From assembly GCA_028023455.1 (NCBI GenBank), contig JAQFVV010000005.1:7874001-7938000 (forward strand): a stretch of DNA of 64,000 bases, written 5' to 3'. Positions 39,300 through 53,257 of the stretch are shown one piece after another. How positions within the stretch are numbered: position 1 is the first letter of the stretch; the number at the start of each line of letters is the position of its first letter. The position numbers and the translations under genes are program-made. The notes under the pieces were generated by a model, which saw only the letters and a program-made list of their open reading frames with translations, was not told where the DNA came from and ran no database searches. The DNA comes from Epiperipatus broadwayi (Eukaryota > Animalia > Onychophora).

Positions 39300-39700
39300 G
39301 CCCCTTCTAATTCCTTCAACTATATTTGGGTCAACTCTCAATGTTTGATTGTATGCTATTTGTATTAGACATATTTATAAATAATGAAGATTTATTCATG
39401 AATGAAAACTATTACCTTTAATTTACCAAGATAGACTTATAGTAGCCATAGACCCGGAGGTAAGTTATTCTAAAACTCATCTTCCAAAAAAAAAAAGTGT
39501 AAATACAGTGATATACATATTTATACTCGGCATTAACCTTTCCAACTCTCTAACCAATATTCACCAATTAGCATATTCATAGATATCAACAATCTCTGAT
39601 TCCAAGTGCCAATCCTATGGTTTACATAATAATTATGCTAACTGGATTAATAAGATTGATAATAGCCCACTAATGGAAAGCCCAACCACTAGCTACCTCA
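39300..39700. repeat. Dispersed ~400-bp repeat, partner at 43460-43850; possibly a LINE endonuclease 5' remnant on the minus strand
   Basis: Collinear direct repeat by eye. The minus strand contains RIGTWNQR, resembling the IGTWNVR start of APE endonucleases (weak). Confidence 0.7.
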
Positions 39701-39706
39701 TTCATG

Positions 39707-40975
39707 TGTTAATAATAAGGATAAATTACACTGAACTATTTGAAAATGCATACATATATTTTGACTAATAAACAATAATAGAAATAGACTAACTAAATAA
39801 GAGTACTCAATTGTTTAATAAATTTATATAAGAAATTATTTAATACAAAAAATAATTATTTGAATATATTATTTACATGATTTTAAGTATAAAGAAATGA
39901 CAAATTGTAAAAATATATAATTTATAACTCATATAGTTATAAATTAAAAATACATATAAATTAACTTTAGTCTCCAGGGAAAGGAAATCATTCATATACA
40001 CACTGACAGTAAGCTTACTTGATAAAACTATAGCCATAAAGATTGCTAAACAAATGTCTTTCCTTGGAAACTTTCGATGAAACAATGATGAACTATATTA
40101 TTTAATGAGACGAATTTGTTTGGCCATGGACTTCAATTTTGGTAGTTGACAGAATAACGTAGCATATTTTTCTTTCTTCGTGGAGCAGTGGATAAAAGCC
40201 CCACATATATAGGACTTTACTCCCACATCATCACGCTGATGTGCATATAATTTTCTTTCAATAATATAATTTGATTACTTAGAATCATAATGACTAAAAC
40301 AGCAGTCAGTAATCAACAAGCAATAATGGTTATCAGTCAATAATAATCAATCAATAATCATTTCTGTTTCATTATATATATATATATCTTATTCTAAAAA
40401 TTCATCGATCCTTTTTCTGATATAATCCTTCCCATAAATCCTCAAAATGTTCTATATTTTTACTCTTATCTTATGTGATCTACTTACTCCAGCATACCAC
40501 TGTTTCAGATCCGGTTTCTTTTGTCTTCTCATTTCTTTTTACAAAAAAAAAACCTTTTAGCAAGTTTTATCTTAACAGTTCATTAGAAACTTTTAAAAAT
40601 AACTAATGCAAATAGCATTTTATAGATAAACATCTGTTACATTTTTTTTTAGTGACATATTTTTATTTTTAATTAAAAATATATAAAAATATAAGCATAA
40701 AGCAGGTAATTTTGATTAAAAAAATATATATAAATTATACATTTTCCAGAAAGTTGTCTTTTTTTTTTTTTTTTTACATTTGATTATATAATAATATATA
40801 TGTACACACTCCATTAAAACAATGAGCACAATCCCCCCTTAAGCCTATCTGTGTTAACTATTCATTTATTTTGCCCCAATTAAGTATGTACATCTGATTA
40901 TCATATTTACATATATATGTGGCAATCTATAGTCCCTTTAACTTGTAATAGGGTTCAAACCTACTTCCTGTTACA
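39707..40975. mobile_element. Probable solo LTR, copy 1 (about 1.27 kb)
   Basis: Begins TGTTAATAATAAGG and ends CCTGTTACA (TG...CA), collinear with 47167-48472. Flanks TCATG / ATATG match only 3 of 5. Confidence 0.65.
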
Positions 40976-41098
40976 ATATGTCTCCATTTAGAAGCCTTCA
41001 AACATGGTCTATGTATTTGGATGGCTTTAACTTCAGCAAAAACAAAAAAAAATCTTTAATATTTCCTTTTTTTTAGGATAAATATTCATCATTTAAAC

Positions 41099-41557
41099 CA
41101 GTGTTCTTCAACCCTTGGTCCTCGTGCTAGACGGGCAGTAAAAAGTTTGTAATATTAAATAATAAGAGTTTAAACTTTTAATTAATATAGCCAATTTTTA
41201 TTTATTTTTTCATCTCATTTTTACCCAATTAAAAAAAAAAAGAAAACAGAACGAAAACAAAATCTAATCAATCATTCATAAATTAATTTGTTTTTCTAGT
41301 CATCACAGATGTTTATGAGGGGGGGGGGGTAGAATTAAATTTTTTATTACTAAAAAAATTTAAAAAAAAGTTTTTTATTATATAAACTCCATGTATATAT
41401 ATATAAAACTTTATCTTATATATTTAACATTGTTGTTTTGATCAGTTATAACAATTATGCTTATCTTTAAGAAAATCTTATCCTTATTTTTGCTGGTCTG
41501 CGGAACCTTATCCTTATTTTTACTGGTCCGCAGGTATGAAAAGGTTGAAGACCACTG
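41099..41557. mobile_element. Non-autonomous hAT (Charlie/Buster-type) MITE
   Basis: TIRs CAGTGTTCTTCAACC / GGTTGAAGACCACTG; perfect 8-bp TSD ATTTAAAC at 41091-41098 and 41558-41565. Confidence 0.92.
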
Positions 41558-41651
41558 ATTTAAACCATTATTCTTTGTCTATATTCATCTACACCCTGGC
41601 AGCTCCAAGACCAAAAGAGAGAAAATGACCTGACAATACACAACAAGTTTA

Positions 41652-41715
41652 ACCACAAACAATACACAATGGATTTGACCACAAACAATACACACTGGAT
41701 TTGACCACAAACAAC
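41652..41715. repeat. 26-bp tandem repeat, about 2.5 copies
   Basis: ACCACAAACAATACACA(A/C)TGGATTTG starts at 41652, 41678 and 41704. Confidence 0.9.
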
Positions 41716-42479
41716 AAGTAGATGATGTGTCATGTACAATATACAATCAACTCTTCACCAGCTTAAATTTGGTCACATGACCCCCAAAAATATATATAAT
41801 GAAATGAACAAAAAAAATGTCTTTACCACACTGCTGCTTCCAAGTTTTAGGAGTGGGTAAAAAATTCAGGAATGATACCTGACTTTTGTTATGAGATTTA
41901 GGGTTAAATATGTATCACCCAAGACCCTACTCACTTCTGGAGTCTTATAGGTGGGGCAATATCTATGCTGTGCTGTTTTCAGAGACTTAAAAGTTTTAGG
42001 TTATGTCAGAATTTCATCATCTGCATCATGGAGGATTACATAGGTTCTCACCTAGGGTCAAAATCACATCCAAAAACAGGAGCCACCATGCATCGTACAC
42101 AACACAGTAGCCAAAACTTCACCTTCCATTGTCAAAAATGGAGAGACCACTCCTCTCCCAAAGCTCCACAGTCACAAGTTATCTAACTCTCCAAACTCCA
42201 AAAAACAAACAAATATAAACACATATTTTTTTTCTTTCTTATATATCTATCCTTTATTTCATTTCCATTATCATATATTAACTCTAAATAAAAAAATTCT
42301 TATTTTGTTTTATTATATTCTCTTTTATTTACATTATCAAGTATTGATTCTATAAAAAAAACTTTATTTATTTATTTAACTCTATTTTCATTATTTTCAT
42401 AATTCATGTACAAATAAAAAAAATTTCTTTGCATAAAAGTTTGTCCGATTACTATAATCCTACTTAAATTTTGTCAGGT

Positions 42480-42900
42480 GGTTCTTTTAGTATTCTTACA
42501 TATCTGCTCAGACCAGGAATTTGTGGCCTACTTCTAGGCCTGACTTGGTGTTCTTGGTGGTTGGGTTTTGTATTGCTGCTATTATATTTATCATGCCCCC
42601 TTCTTCTATGACTATACGATTCTCTATATTCCTTTTATTCCAATCATTTCTATCCAAGTGAATATTCATAATATTCATATTTTTTTCCCTTTCTAGGAGT
42701 TTGAATCCCCTTCCTTTATTTTCATTATTTGGCTTTGTGCTATGAAATGCACCAAGTAACTGGGCCATTTTCTTGACCACTTTCCTTTTAGCACATATTT
42801 TTATAAACTTCTTTACATTAGCAGGGCTATTATTTAAATATGCATACATACTTCTGTTCCCTACTGTCAATATTTACATTTTAAATTACTTTACCCTCAG
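42480..42900 (-). mobile_element. Possible LINE APE-endonuclease remnant
   Basis: ORF 42508-42870 has PNNENKGRGFKLLE...MNIMNIH, similar to the N.NG..LL.F....L.I.N segment of APE domains; otherwise low complexity. Confidence 0.3.
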
Positions 42901-43459
42901 ATTCCTTGCTTTTTAATGTTACTACTTTTATTCTTTCTTTATTCAACTTATCTTTAATTTTGGCTAAACTTTATTCTTTCTCCATATCACTACCTCTCTC
43001 CCCTGACTACTCTCTATCTCTCTCTAATATCTGCTCTAATTCCTGAAACTTTCTGTTGATTCTATCTTGTATTTCCTGACATCTTGATTCCATTTTTTGT
43101 TCTAACTCCTCTAAATTTCCTCATGATAACCTCCATCATTCTTGCTTCTCCTTCCTTTTCTTTTATCTATTAAACTGTCTATTTCAAACAACAAAAGTGC
43201 CAGGCTTGACTTCCCAGCCCACGAAGTATTATGCTACCTCTCATATTTTATTTTTAATCATTATTCTATTTACAGTCCACTTTCATATATTCCTTGATTC
43301 TAATTTTTAAAAAAACAAAATTTCCTCTTTTCTTTCTTCAAACACAATTATACCACAACACTTTAATATTAATATTTTTTGATTACTATTATTATCTATC
43401 CCTAACACTCTCCAATGTTCATAGCCCCATCATTGGAATACCATTGTAATGGGTGGGAG

Positions 43460-43850
43460 CCCCTTTTTCTAATTCCACCAACTATATTTCAGTCAATTCT
43501 CAACAGTTGATTGCACACTATCTGTATTAAACATATTTATAAATTAATGAGATTTATTTATGAACAAAACCTATTATCTTTAATCTACCAAGAAGGATTT
43601 ATAGTAGCCATAGATGTGGAGGTGTTATAAAGCTCATATCCCCAAAAATAAATAAATGTAAATATAATAATATACATACTTATATTTGGCATTAATCTTT
43701 CCAACTCTCTAATCAATATTTACTGATTAGCATATTTATGAACATTGACATTCTCTGATTCCAAGCACCAATCCTATAGTTTACAACATAAAGAATTATG
43801 CTAATTGATTAATAAGATTGATAATGGTGCATTAAAGGAAAGCCTGACCA
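43460..43850. repeat. Partner of the 39300-39700 repeat
   Basis: Collinear direct similarity. Confidence 0.7.
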
Positions 43851-44871
43851 TTAGTGTGCTGGTCAAAATCATGTATTCATTCAACAAGACCAATAATTCA
43901 AGCAAAAGTACCTCGAATCCAACCATACACACACAAGATACAGATGTCAGGGGAATGGTGAATCCTAACCTCTTTGCCTGAAATATTGCCTCTCTGACTA
44001 ATGTACAACATTTGTGATGACACTAGCAGTCTTGGTTTTATTTCATCCCAGCTGGAGGTCATGGTTCACAAAGAGACTCAAAATAATAATGGGTTTATAT
44101 GAGAAATTAATGATTTAGTGAATTTTGACAATTGCAGAATGGTACAGATGTGATTTGATATCAATTACTAATGGTTTGAACCATAATAATTATAATTCTT
44201 TATGGCAACATTACAAAGAATTGAATTTAAATCAAAGAAATATAAATAACTAGGGTAATTAATATTAGAGATTCAGAGTGATGACAAACTAAGCTAATTT
44301 AAAATAATATTACAGGGATTTATTAAGAAATTGAGTTATTGTTATACAAAATAAGTTGAGTTTTGTTTATACAACTAGGTTATTATACTTCTTGAATTCG
44401 TTTTGATGTGACTAAATACAAGGCATTTGATAACAAAGTAAAAATTTGTTAATTGGTCGGCCAAGAACCAATCAGCAATAAAATATCATTAGCCCTCTTT
44501 AAGAGATTACAAATAAATCTATTTTATATATAAATAACAAAACATGAGCAATGTGTATTTAAAACACTATTACAGTAAATCAGTTGTCTATAATGAGTGT
44601 GGAAAGCAAAATAGTTCATTTTAAATTAGATAATCAGATTTAACTAATTAACAGGATTGGTTTGTGAAGGATGTGCCATCACGGCAGAGAGGATTTCAGG
44701 TTTGTAAATAAATATACATATATATAATGATAAAGGCAGTATGATATTATAGATTACAACAAAAGAATAAATGAGGTCTGTTATGAACTTCTGGGTGGCT
44801 TTGCTAAAAGAAATCCCTGGTATATATAGGTAGATGATGAGAAATGCTGGCTCTCCAGCCAAAACATGTCT

Positions 44872-44874
<3 letters not shown>

Positions 44875-44920
<46 letters not shown>
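44875..44920. repeat. (AAT)15 microsatellite
   Basis: Pure AAT run of 46 nt. Confidence 0.98.
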
Positions 44921-47166
44921 GATTTGATGTGCTGGACTTCCCATACACATCTTAATGGCAATGCCTGGAAAGGATCCCTAGTAGGAAAATATGTTTACTA
45001 TTAAGGGAAAGTCAAGGATTGGACTGGTCATATTTAAACTTCTGAAGGTCCTAAGAGGTAATTAGCAAAGCAAGAACAATAATACTAAATGAATGGTTGC
45101 AATTATAAATTACATGTCTAAATTACATAATGCCCCAGACATATATATATAGTGGATCACTAACGATCATAACTTAATTCCCGATTAAAATAATCAGCTC
45201 CCTGACATAATAGAAAGTCCCCAGAAACCTCAGGCCATTAATGAATGGACCATAATATAAAAAAGGAAAGGCAAGTGTTAAAACTAAACTTAAAATAAAT
45301 TGTCTTCCACACTTTCTAAGTATTTCATGTATTAATAAGTTATCAAATAATTCATCACCAAAGATTACAAAATAAGTCAGTCTTTTAATCAACATAGACA
45401 GACTGTGCATTAAATATCAAACTCACATCTGGTGAAGTTTGACAACATATAGCATAATAACTGATAAATCCCAATCTTAATATTTTACTGACAAATAAAA
45501 ATATATGTGTATGAAACATGTACTGATAAAATGCCATGACAGATGTGCTTTCAATGATTTTCTTTCAAGACATTTGCTTTACAGAAATTGTGATAGATTT
45601 TACTTAACTGATTTAATAAAATACATTATTCTCTCTGAGATAATTACGAGGGCACTTTTAAGTTGGAGATAATAATAAGATATCTAACTTTTAAAATAAT
45701 TTCAATCATTTAAAATAAATTTATAATATGAGGTACAAAACTAAATGAGCTTTCTCTATTAATTAATTTAAGGGAAATAAGTCTCCTGTAATGATTTTTA
45801 AATGGAGAAAATAAGAGGGAGAGGGTTTAAAGTTAGTTGCTCATTGAGTTTTATACTTGGCAGTTTCAGTACACCAATATTATAAATAAACCAACAAAAA
45901 TTTTAAGATAAATTTGCCACATCAAAGTAATGTGGGATTTTTATAGGAATTAATAATTTTAAATTTAAAGAAAAAATTAAAAGACGCATTTTAAAATTGT
46001 TGTATAAACATTACAGATATATAAAATACAAATTAATGTTGATTTAAAAAAAACAAAGTAAGCTAGAATCAGAGGCTTGCAGCAAATTGGAGGTTATCTC
46101 AACCAATCGATAGACATTCCATGGCTTGAAACAGGCAGTTATAAAATCAGATCATTTAGCAGGCTTTCTTGACACAGTACAGTCTCGGGCTAGGTGTTGA
46201 GAGCACTGGAATGACATTGATGAGCTGGTGAAAACAGAGCTCTGAAAAGCAAACAGCCGATCTTTTTATCCCCTCATTCTTTAGGCACAAAGTACTATAA
46301 ATACTTTTTTCAGTGAACTGTTCTTTAATCCTCTAATCTATTCAAAATTTTTACTATTTATCTGATCCAGTCTTATCTATAGGATTCAATCTACATGATG
46401 TTTGCTGGTAACTTTCTCTGTGGTCAGGGTCTGCCTGGGTGGGAAATCTACAATCTTGCATTAACATGCCCCAAGGGTTCATTTTGCTAATTAAAAGAAA
46501 ACAGCAATAAGTATGATTAAGTTGATCAGTCATCGTATTAACAAAGCCTATTTAATTAAGATTTAGATTAAAGAAAATGTAAATTTTATTCACAAAAATT
46601 TTAGGAATTTGGTACATTCTATAAATAATAGGATGGCTTTCAAATCTGATATTTGATATAAAACATAAATACAAATTTACAAAATATTCCTTACAAATAT
46701 TAGATTGTTTACATAATTGATCCTTTAATGTACATTTATCAAAAGATAAATATAAAATGTTACCAACTGATTAATTGAAAAAAATGGACTTTAATGAAAG
46801 AATTTAAAATATTTGTAACATTTTATAGATATCTAGGATTCAATTATTTACTCAATGCCAATTTAATAAAATAAACACAATATACATTTCTACAAATATT
46901 ATAAAATAAATAAACTATTATAAAAAGGTTAGTTTTAATCATAAAATATAAATTAATGAAATATAAATTAGATAAAAGATTATAATATTGATTATAAATA
47001 TACTACCATCTATTATGAGATGGGTGTCAGTTAATATACAAGATTGGGTTCAAACCCATACTAGTGCTGATGACATTGGCACTAGGTGAAGCAGAAATAT
47101 GTACTATATTTCCAGCTTCACTAGCTAACTCACCCAGGGCAATCAATATTTAAACTGACAGATATA

Positions 47167-48472
47167 TGTTAATAATAAGGATAGATCACACTGAACTATT
47201 TGAAAATACATACACATATTTAGACTAATGAATAATCATGAAAATAAAGGCTAACTAAATAAGAGTGCTCAATTGTTTAATAAAGCATGCATATATATAT
47301 TTTTAAATAAATAAAAATTATTATTTAATACAAAAATTAATTATTTGAATTTAATATTGTTTCATGATTTTGAGTAAAAAGAAATGACAAATTGTAAAGA
47401 TATATAATTTATAACTCATACAAATATAAATTAAAAATAACATAAATTACCTTTAGATTCCAGGGAAATGAAATTGTTTATATAAAGACATAAAGTAAGC
47501 TTACTTGATAAAGCTATGGCCATAAAGATTATTTAAAAATGCCTTCGATGAAACAATGATGAACAATATTATTTGACAAGAGAAATGTGTTTGGACATGA
47601 ACTTTGATTTCAATAGCTAACAAGATAAAGTAACATATTTTTCTTTATTTGAGGAGCAGTGGGATAAAAGCCCCACACATTTAGGACTTTACCCCCACAT
47701 CATTATGCTAGTGCCTATATAATTTTCTTTCAATAATTTAATTTGATTACTCAGAATCATAATGATTAAAACAGCAGTCAGTAAACAACAAGCAGTAATT
47801 ATCAGTCAATAATAATCCATAAATTCATAAATTATTTCCTGATTTCTGTTTCTTTATATATATAAATATATTTTCTTATTCTATCAATCCTTTTTTTGAT
47901 GTAATTTGTTCCATAAATCTTCAAAATTTTCTATATGTGATCTACTTAGTCTAGCACACCACTGTTTCAGATTCAGTTTCTTTTGTGTTCTCATTTCTTT
48001 TCACAAAAGAAAACCTTTTAGCAAGTTTTATTTTAACAGTTCATTAGAAACTTAAAAATATACACAATAACTAATGCAAATAGCATTTTCTAGATAAACA
48101 TCTGTTTCATTTTTTTTTTTAGCAATAACATATTTTTATTTTTAATTAAAAAAATTATACATAAAAATATATAAATTGTACATTTTCCAGAAAGTTCTTT
48201 TTTTCTACATTTGATTATATAATATATATGCACACACTCCATTAACACAACAAGCACCCCCCCCCCCCCTTAAGCCTATCATTGGTTAACTATTTATTTA
48301 TTTTGCCTCAATCAAATATATCTGATTATCACCCACCTCTTAAGCCTATCTTGGTTAACTATTTATTTATTTTGCCTCAATCAAATATATGTGATTACCA
48401 CATCTACATATAAATGTGACCATCTATAGTCCCTTTAACTTGTAACAGGGCTCAAACCTGGTTCCTGTTACA
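47167..48472. mobile_element. Probable solo LTR, copy 2 (about 1.3 kb)
   Basis: TGTTAATAATAAGG...CCTGTTACA, flanked by a perfect 5-bp ATATA duplication (47162-47166, 48473-48477). Carries an internal tandem duplication of about 70 bp (about 48270-48400) absent from copy 1. Confidence 0.7.
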
Positions 48473-49195
48473 ATATATTATAATGGTCAGATTTGTATAG
48501 TCAGCAGGATAAAGCCTAGGAAGCAATCAATGACCACTAACTCACATGTCTGTGTGTAAGATTGATATAAACATTACTACAAATAGTACAAAGTTAAACA
48601 TCATCACTTATCCCCCTTAATAATTCCATGTGACCAATGCATCTGATGTTAGTATATATGCTCTTTTTCTTATAGCCCACTAAGAAACTCTTAAACTCTT
48701 ATTGAAAAAATTAATTGTGATAAACAACCCACAAAATGCAGGAGGCAATGTGTAAAGAAAAAAAATTATTGCTAACAACAAAAGAAAAGTAAATTAAAAG
48801 TTCATATGATTAGATTTAGATTTCATATTATTGAGTTTGTTGCAAATTAAAAAACAATTAGTAATTAAAAAAACAGCTTAATTATCACTAATTTACATGG
48901 AAGGGGGAGTATAGGCTTTATATGTCAATAATCTCAAGGGTGGACATTCTATGGTGATTTAACAATTAATTAACAAATAATCAAACAGGATTATGGTAGT
49001 ACTTAACTATATTAAAAATTACCATCTTTATTAGATTTCTGTCATATATTTAGAATTATGACAGACTATGCTTGGGATATCATCTTAGTTTATATGAGAG
49101 GAGTTGTTATAAGAAATATATATGAATATATGAAGAAATGCAAAGAAAGTAAAGGAGAAGAATAAGAGTATACTTCTTTATTAACTTTGTATATT

Positions 49196-49660
49196 AAACT
49201 ACTAAACATCACATGATCACCATTTCTTATGCTTGCTCAAGCTGTTAAAACAAGCAAAACTTTCTATACAGTAGTGCCACTCAGTGCAAGTCAGAGTTAT
49301 CAATGGATGATAGATTTGTACATAAAATCCCTATCTAATGTCTACTCATCCAATATCCCCAGACTAGTTTCTAGCTTGTGACTTTCATCAGTGAGGTGCC
49401 TTGGATCTGAGAGCACTGCACCTAGATCTTAGAATCTTTAAAATGTGGCTGCTGTAGGGTTGCATTAGATTCTAAGATGTAGGTGCAGTGCTGTCATATC
49501 CAAGGTTCTTCACTGATAAAAGCCACAAGCTAGAAATTAGTCTGGGGGTATTGGATGAGTAGGCACTAGATAGGGATTTTATGCAAACCTTCTTGCATCC
49601 ACTGATTACTCTGGATTGCACTGAGTGTCACTACTGTATTGAGATTTTTACTTGCTTTAA
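49196..49660. mobile_element. Hammerhead-bearing repeat, long palindrome, locus 3
   Basis: Arms 49245-49437 and 49467-49660 (about 190 bp each) are near reverse complements around a 29-nt loop. Confidence 0.8.
49357..49396 (-). ncRNA. Minimal type I hammerhead ribozyme motif, core intact
   Basis: Minus strand: CCTCA-CTGATGA-A[AGT CACAA GCT]A-GAAA-C TA G-TC-TGGGG, with a 5-bp stem I. Confidence 0.65.
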
Positions 49661-49661
49661 C

Positions 49662-50900
49662 TTTATTATAATCATCCATATTTGAACAATAATTTATTGC
49701 TCTGTGAATTTTAAAATTTACAGTATTAACTTTATATTTCTTATTATTATCCCTATTCCTATATATTATTTCTATACTACATCTAACATTTATATAAAAT
49801 TTAATTAACATTATATCCAAATATGCAAGCTTATTATTTTCCTCTTTTTCAATAGTAAATGTAATATTTCTATCTAAATTATTAATATCTTAAATAAAAA
49901 ATTATCCACATATCTTTTCATAAAAATTTGAGTATTTTTATTTTTTAACATGCCTCTTCTAAATAGCCTATATAAATACTGCTTAACACTCCACTAAATG
50001 TCCCTCCCATTAACAAGCCATCCTTTTAGGGTAATATTTATCATTAAATTCAAACGTTATTTCTTTGCAAAAAATTTCCATCTCTTTTAATTGTACTATA
50101 GGTAAATGTATATTTTTATTTTCATATGTACTAATTACTAAATTAATAACTTTTGCCATATTGACATTTGGATATATTGAAACATTAATTTTTACCATTG
50201 TTAATATATAATTATTATATTCATTTATTAAAACATTATTCTTAATATATGACTTACAGTCAGTATATATTTTTAAAACATTATTTACCAACCATTGACA
50301 TTTTATTAAAATAGGAATTGAAACCATTAATAGGTGGTTTTAATGGTACCTTTTCTTTAAAAATTTTGGCTCATACATTTTAACTGTTACACAATCTTTA
50401 ATTCTTAGATATTCAAATGTATTATAATTAATTAAACCTTTTATTTATAAATATTTCTTTTAAGTGAGTATATATTTTTATACTTTAAATTAGTGTCATC
50501 TTCTTTTCTCTAAAATGTTATCATCTAACATTTTATTCATTTTTCCTATATATTATTTCTTATCTAACATAGGCATTTTATTCCCTTTATCTGACTGTGA
50601 ATATTATCTTATCTTGACATTTAATTTTTATTTCTTTAATTTTTTCTATTGTCACTATATCATATGATGAACCTCTATTATTTTTATCTATTTATTTATT
50701 TTATATCTTTTTATTCTATATATCATGTTATCAATTTCACTTTTAAATTCTTCTATCCATATTTTATCTTTATTTCAAATAATCCTATTGTTATTGTTCT
50801 GGTAATAATAATAAACATTATATTTTTCCTCTACATACTTTTGTGCAAATTTTTTTCCAAAGTTTTTAATTCTATTCAATCATTTTTATAGTTATATTCA
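49662..50900 (-). mobile_element. Decayed Penelope-like element RT, copy A
   Basis: Minus-strand readings SDKGNKMPMLDKK, MY..PKIFKEKVPLKPPI, FCKEITFEFNDKYY, GTFSGVLSSIYIGYLEE, KRYVDNF, NITFTIEKEENNKLAYLDIM and HRAINYCSN, with stops and frameshifts. Confidence 0.85.
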
Positions 50901-51789
50901 TAAGGAACATACTTAATCTGTTTACTTAATATATGTTTCTTTCTTTGAGGAAGGTTGCTGGACTATCATAATTATATCAGATGGATTGATTTTAATAAAA
51001 TAAGCATTGAAAAAGTAATAAGATGGATTTGTTTGATTTTTTTTAATTTTGTCAATGCATAAAGATATGTTAATAATATATTTCATGAAAAATGTGAAGA
51101 GTTTATAGATGTTCTAGAGTCTGTGGTACATCCTCTTCACTTAATCCTGGGATTTGCAATTCACACTTTATTTTTCTTTTCTTACGTGGTGCATGAGCTG
51201 GTTTGCATTTGATAGCCACTGTACTTATATCCATGTCAGTATGTGATGGACCAAGTATGTCTGTGTGTAATTGACTAGATATTGTTGCATCTATAATATC
51301 TTGTGAAGTATTGTTTATTACAACTGCTTGTAGAAAAATTTGTTTCTTTATTTCACTTACATCTGGTTGTGGTACAGACATGTTTTAAACAGAGAATTGA
51401 CCTTACCTTTGAATAAAATCATCTGCTAATATATTCTGTATATTATTATCTGATATTCATATTTATTAAACTTATATTCTCCTTCTCATATACACATTAA
51501 TGCAATTTTTTATATAATTACTACTTTATTTTCTTTACAGTTTCAACTATCCTGCAGTCTTTATCAGAGGTATAACATTTAAATATATAATCATTATTTT
51601 ATATACAGATACATTATTATTCATAATCATATATAATTTTATCTATACACTTTTACATCTTTTAATTAATATCATTATGTAAAACTTTAATATGTGTTGA
51701 TAATTCAAAGCAAAATATATATAAATCAAAACTTTAAAATAATATAATATATTGAACAATTATATAAATAATAATAAATTTTGTTGAAT

Positions 51790-51830
51790 CTTCAAATGTT
51801 TTCGAAGGCATAACCTTCATTATCAAGAAG
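51790..51830 (-). ncRNA. Degenerate hammerhead-like motif downstream of Penelope copy B
   Basis: Minus strand CTTC-TTGATAAT-[GAAGG TTATG CCTTC]-GAAAACATT-TGAAG: strong stem II followed by GAAA, but the CUGANGA core is mutated. Confidence 0.4.
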
Positions 51831-52254
51831 TATCTAACACACATTTAAACTTTATATATATATTAATATCATTATTTTATTATTTTTTAATCTCTTTTTA
51901 CTTTTATTTTTTATTCATTAATTTACCATTATAACATTTCTATTCCACTTTTTTATTTTTTACTCTAATTTTTATTTTTTTTTATAATTTTATATATCTT
52001 TCTTCATCTTTTTTATACTTGATTTTATTATTCATAATTTCTTTTTATTTTATATTTATCTTTCTTTTTACTGACTATTATTTTATTTTAATTACCTCTT
52101 GATAACCTTCACCTTTCCCTTTTTACAATCATAACTGCCTTTTTTTTAAAAAAAAAATTAGCCTTTTTTTTCATATTTTTTTTATGTACCTCCCTCTATT
52201 ATCAATTTGTTTAAGGTTTTATCTTATTTTCTAAATTTTATTTTTAAAAAACTT

Positions 52255-53215
52255 TTTATATGTCTAAAATTTAATAAATTCTATAAAAATAATGTTCTTA
52301 CCCTGCCATTTTGATTTAGATTTGGCTTTAGCTTCTTAGTTATTGTAGCTTCTTTTATTTTTCTATCTCTTCTGCTATTAGTATAATCAATCATTCTTAT
52401 ACTATTTTTTTTCAAATATATGTTGTTTCTAAATAATGCATATAAATTAGTGATCTCTTATCATACCTATATTGATCTAATCTTGCATACATTGAATTAT
52501 TAGTCTCTCCTACATATTTAGTTATCTTATTATTTTTACATGGTTTGCATTCTATCCCATTTATATATTTTTCCATTCTTGTAATATATTTATTATCTAA
52601 TATATTCATTATGCTTTTCCTTTTTTATTTTATACTTAATTACATTATTATATTTTTTATTAATTTTTTTAATAATTTTGTTTTTTACAATATGTTTTAA
52701 TACCTAGATATTGCTCTTTTTCATCCTATCTTTCTTACTCTTTCCTTTCTTTTTTTCTTCCCCTTTATATCTTTTTGCTATTTTTATAATTTTTCTATTA
52801 TTTTTTTGTGGATATTCAGTTTCTTTAAACTTTTTAAAAATTAATTTGATTTATTACATTCTTCTGCATTTGAACAATAATTATTAGCTCTATATTCTCT
52901 TGAACTAATACTATTCATTTTATATTTTATATCTATATTAGAATTCCAATTCGTTATATTACTATTTATTTTATTTTCTTATATACTGATGTTTTTTTTT
53001 ACATTTTTATTTTTTCATGTGAGTTTTTTAACAATATATCCAATATGACAATTTATTATTTTTTCTTTCTATTGTAAATTTTATATTCTCATTCAATTTA
53101 CTAATTCTTTTTAAATACTTATTTATTTACCTTTCACTCTTATTAAAAATTAAATAATCATCCACATAAGATTTTTAACAATATTGGACCATTTTTTATG
53201 TATCTTTTCCATTTC
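52255..53215 (-). mobile_element. Decayed Penelope-like element, RT C-terminus plus GIY-YIG endonuclease, copy B
   Basis: SYVDDYLIF near 53150; NENIKFTIE; RANNYCSN; GIY-YIG INGIECKPC...KYVGETNNSMYARL (ORF 52412-52609); terminal RKIKEATITKKLKPNLNQNG. Confidence 0.88.
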
Positions 53216-53217
53216 TT

Positions 53218-53218
<1 letters not shown>

Positions 53219-53257
<39 letters not shown>
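53219..53257. repeat. (CA)n(TA)n microsatellite
   Basis: ACACACACACACATATATATATATATATATATATATAT. Confidence 0.95.

Noticed and set aside
44644-44961. Minus-strand ORF with a poly-isoleucine run
   Set aside because: The run is the (AAT)n microsatellite; no other coding evidence.
51103-51381. 92-aa ORF with an RKKRK basic motif
   Set aside because: No recognisable domain or clear exon structure; lies between Penelope fragments; cannot be assigned.
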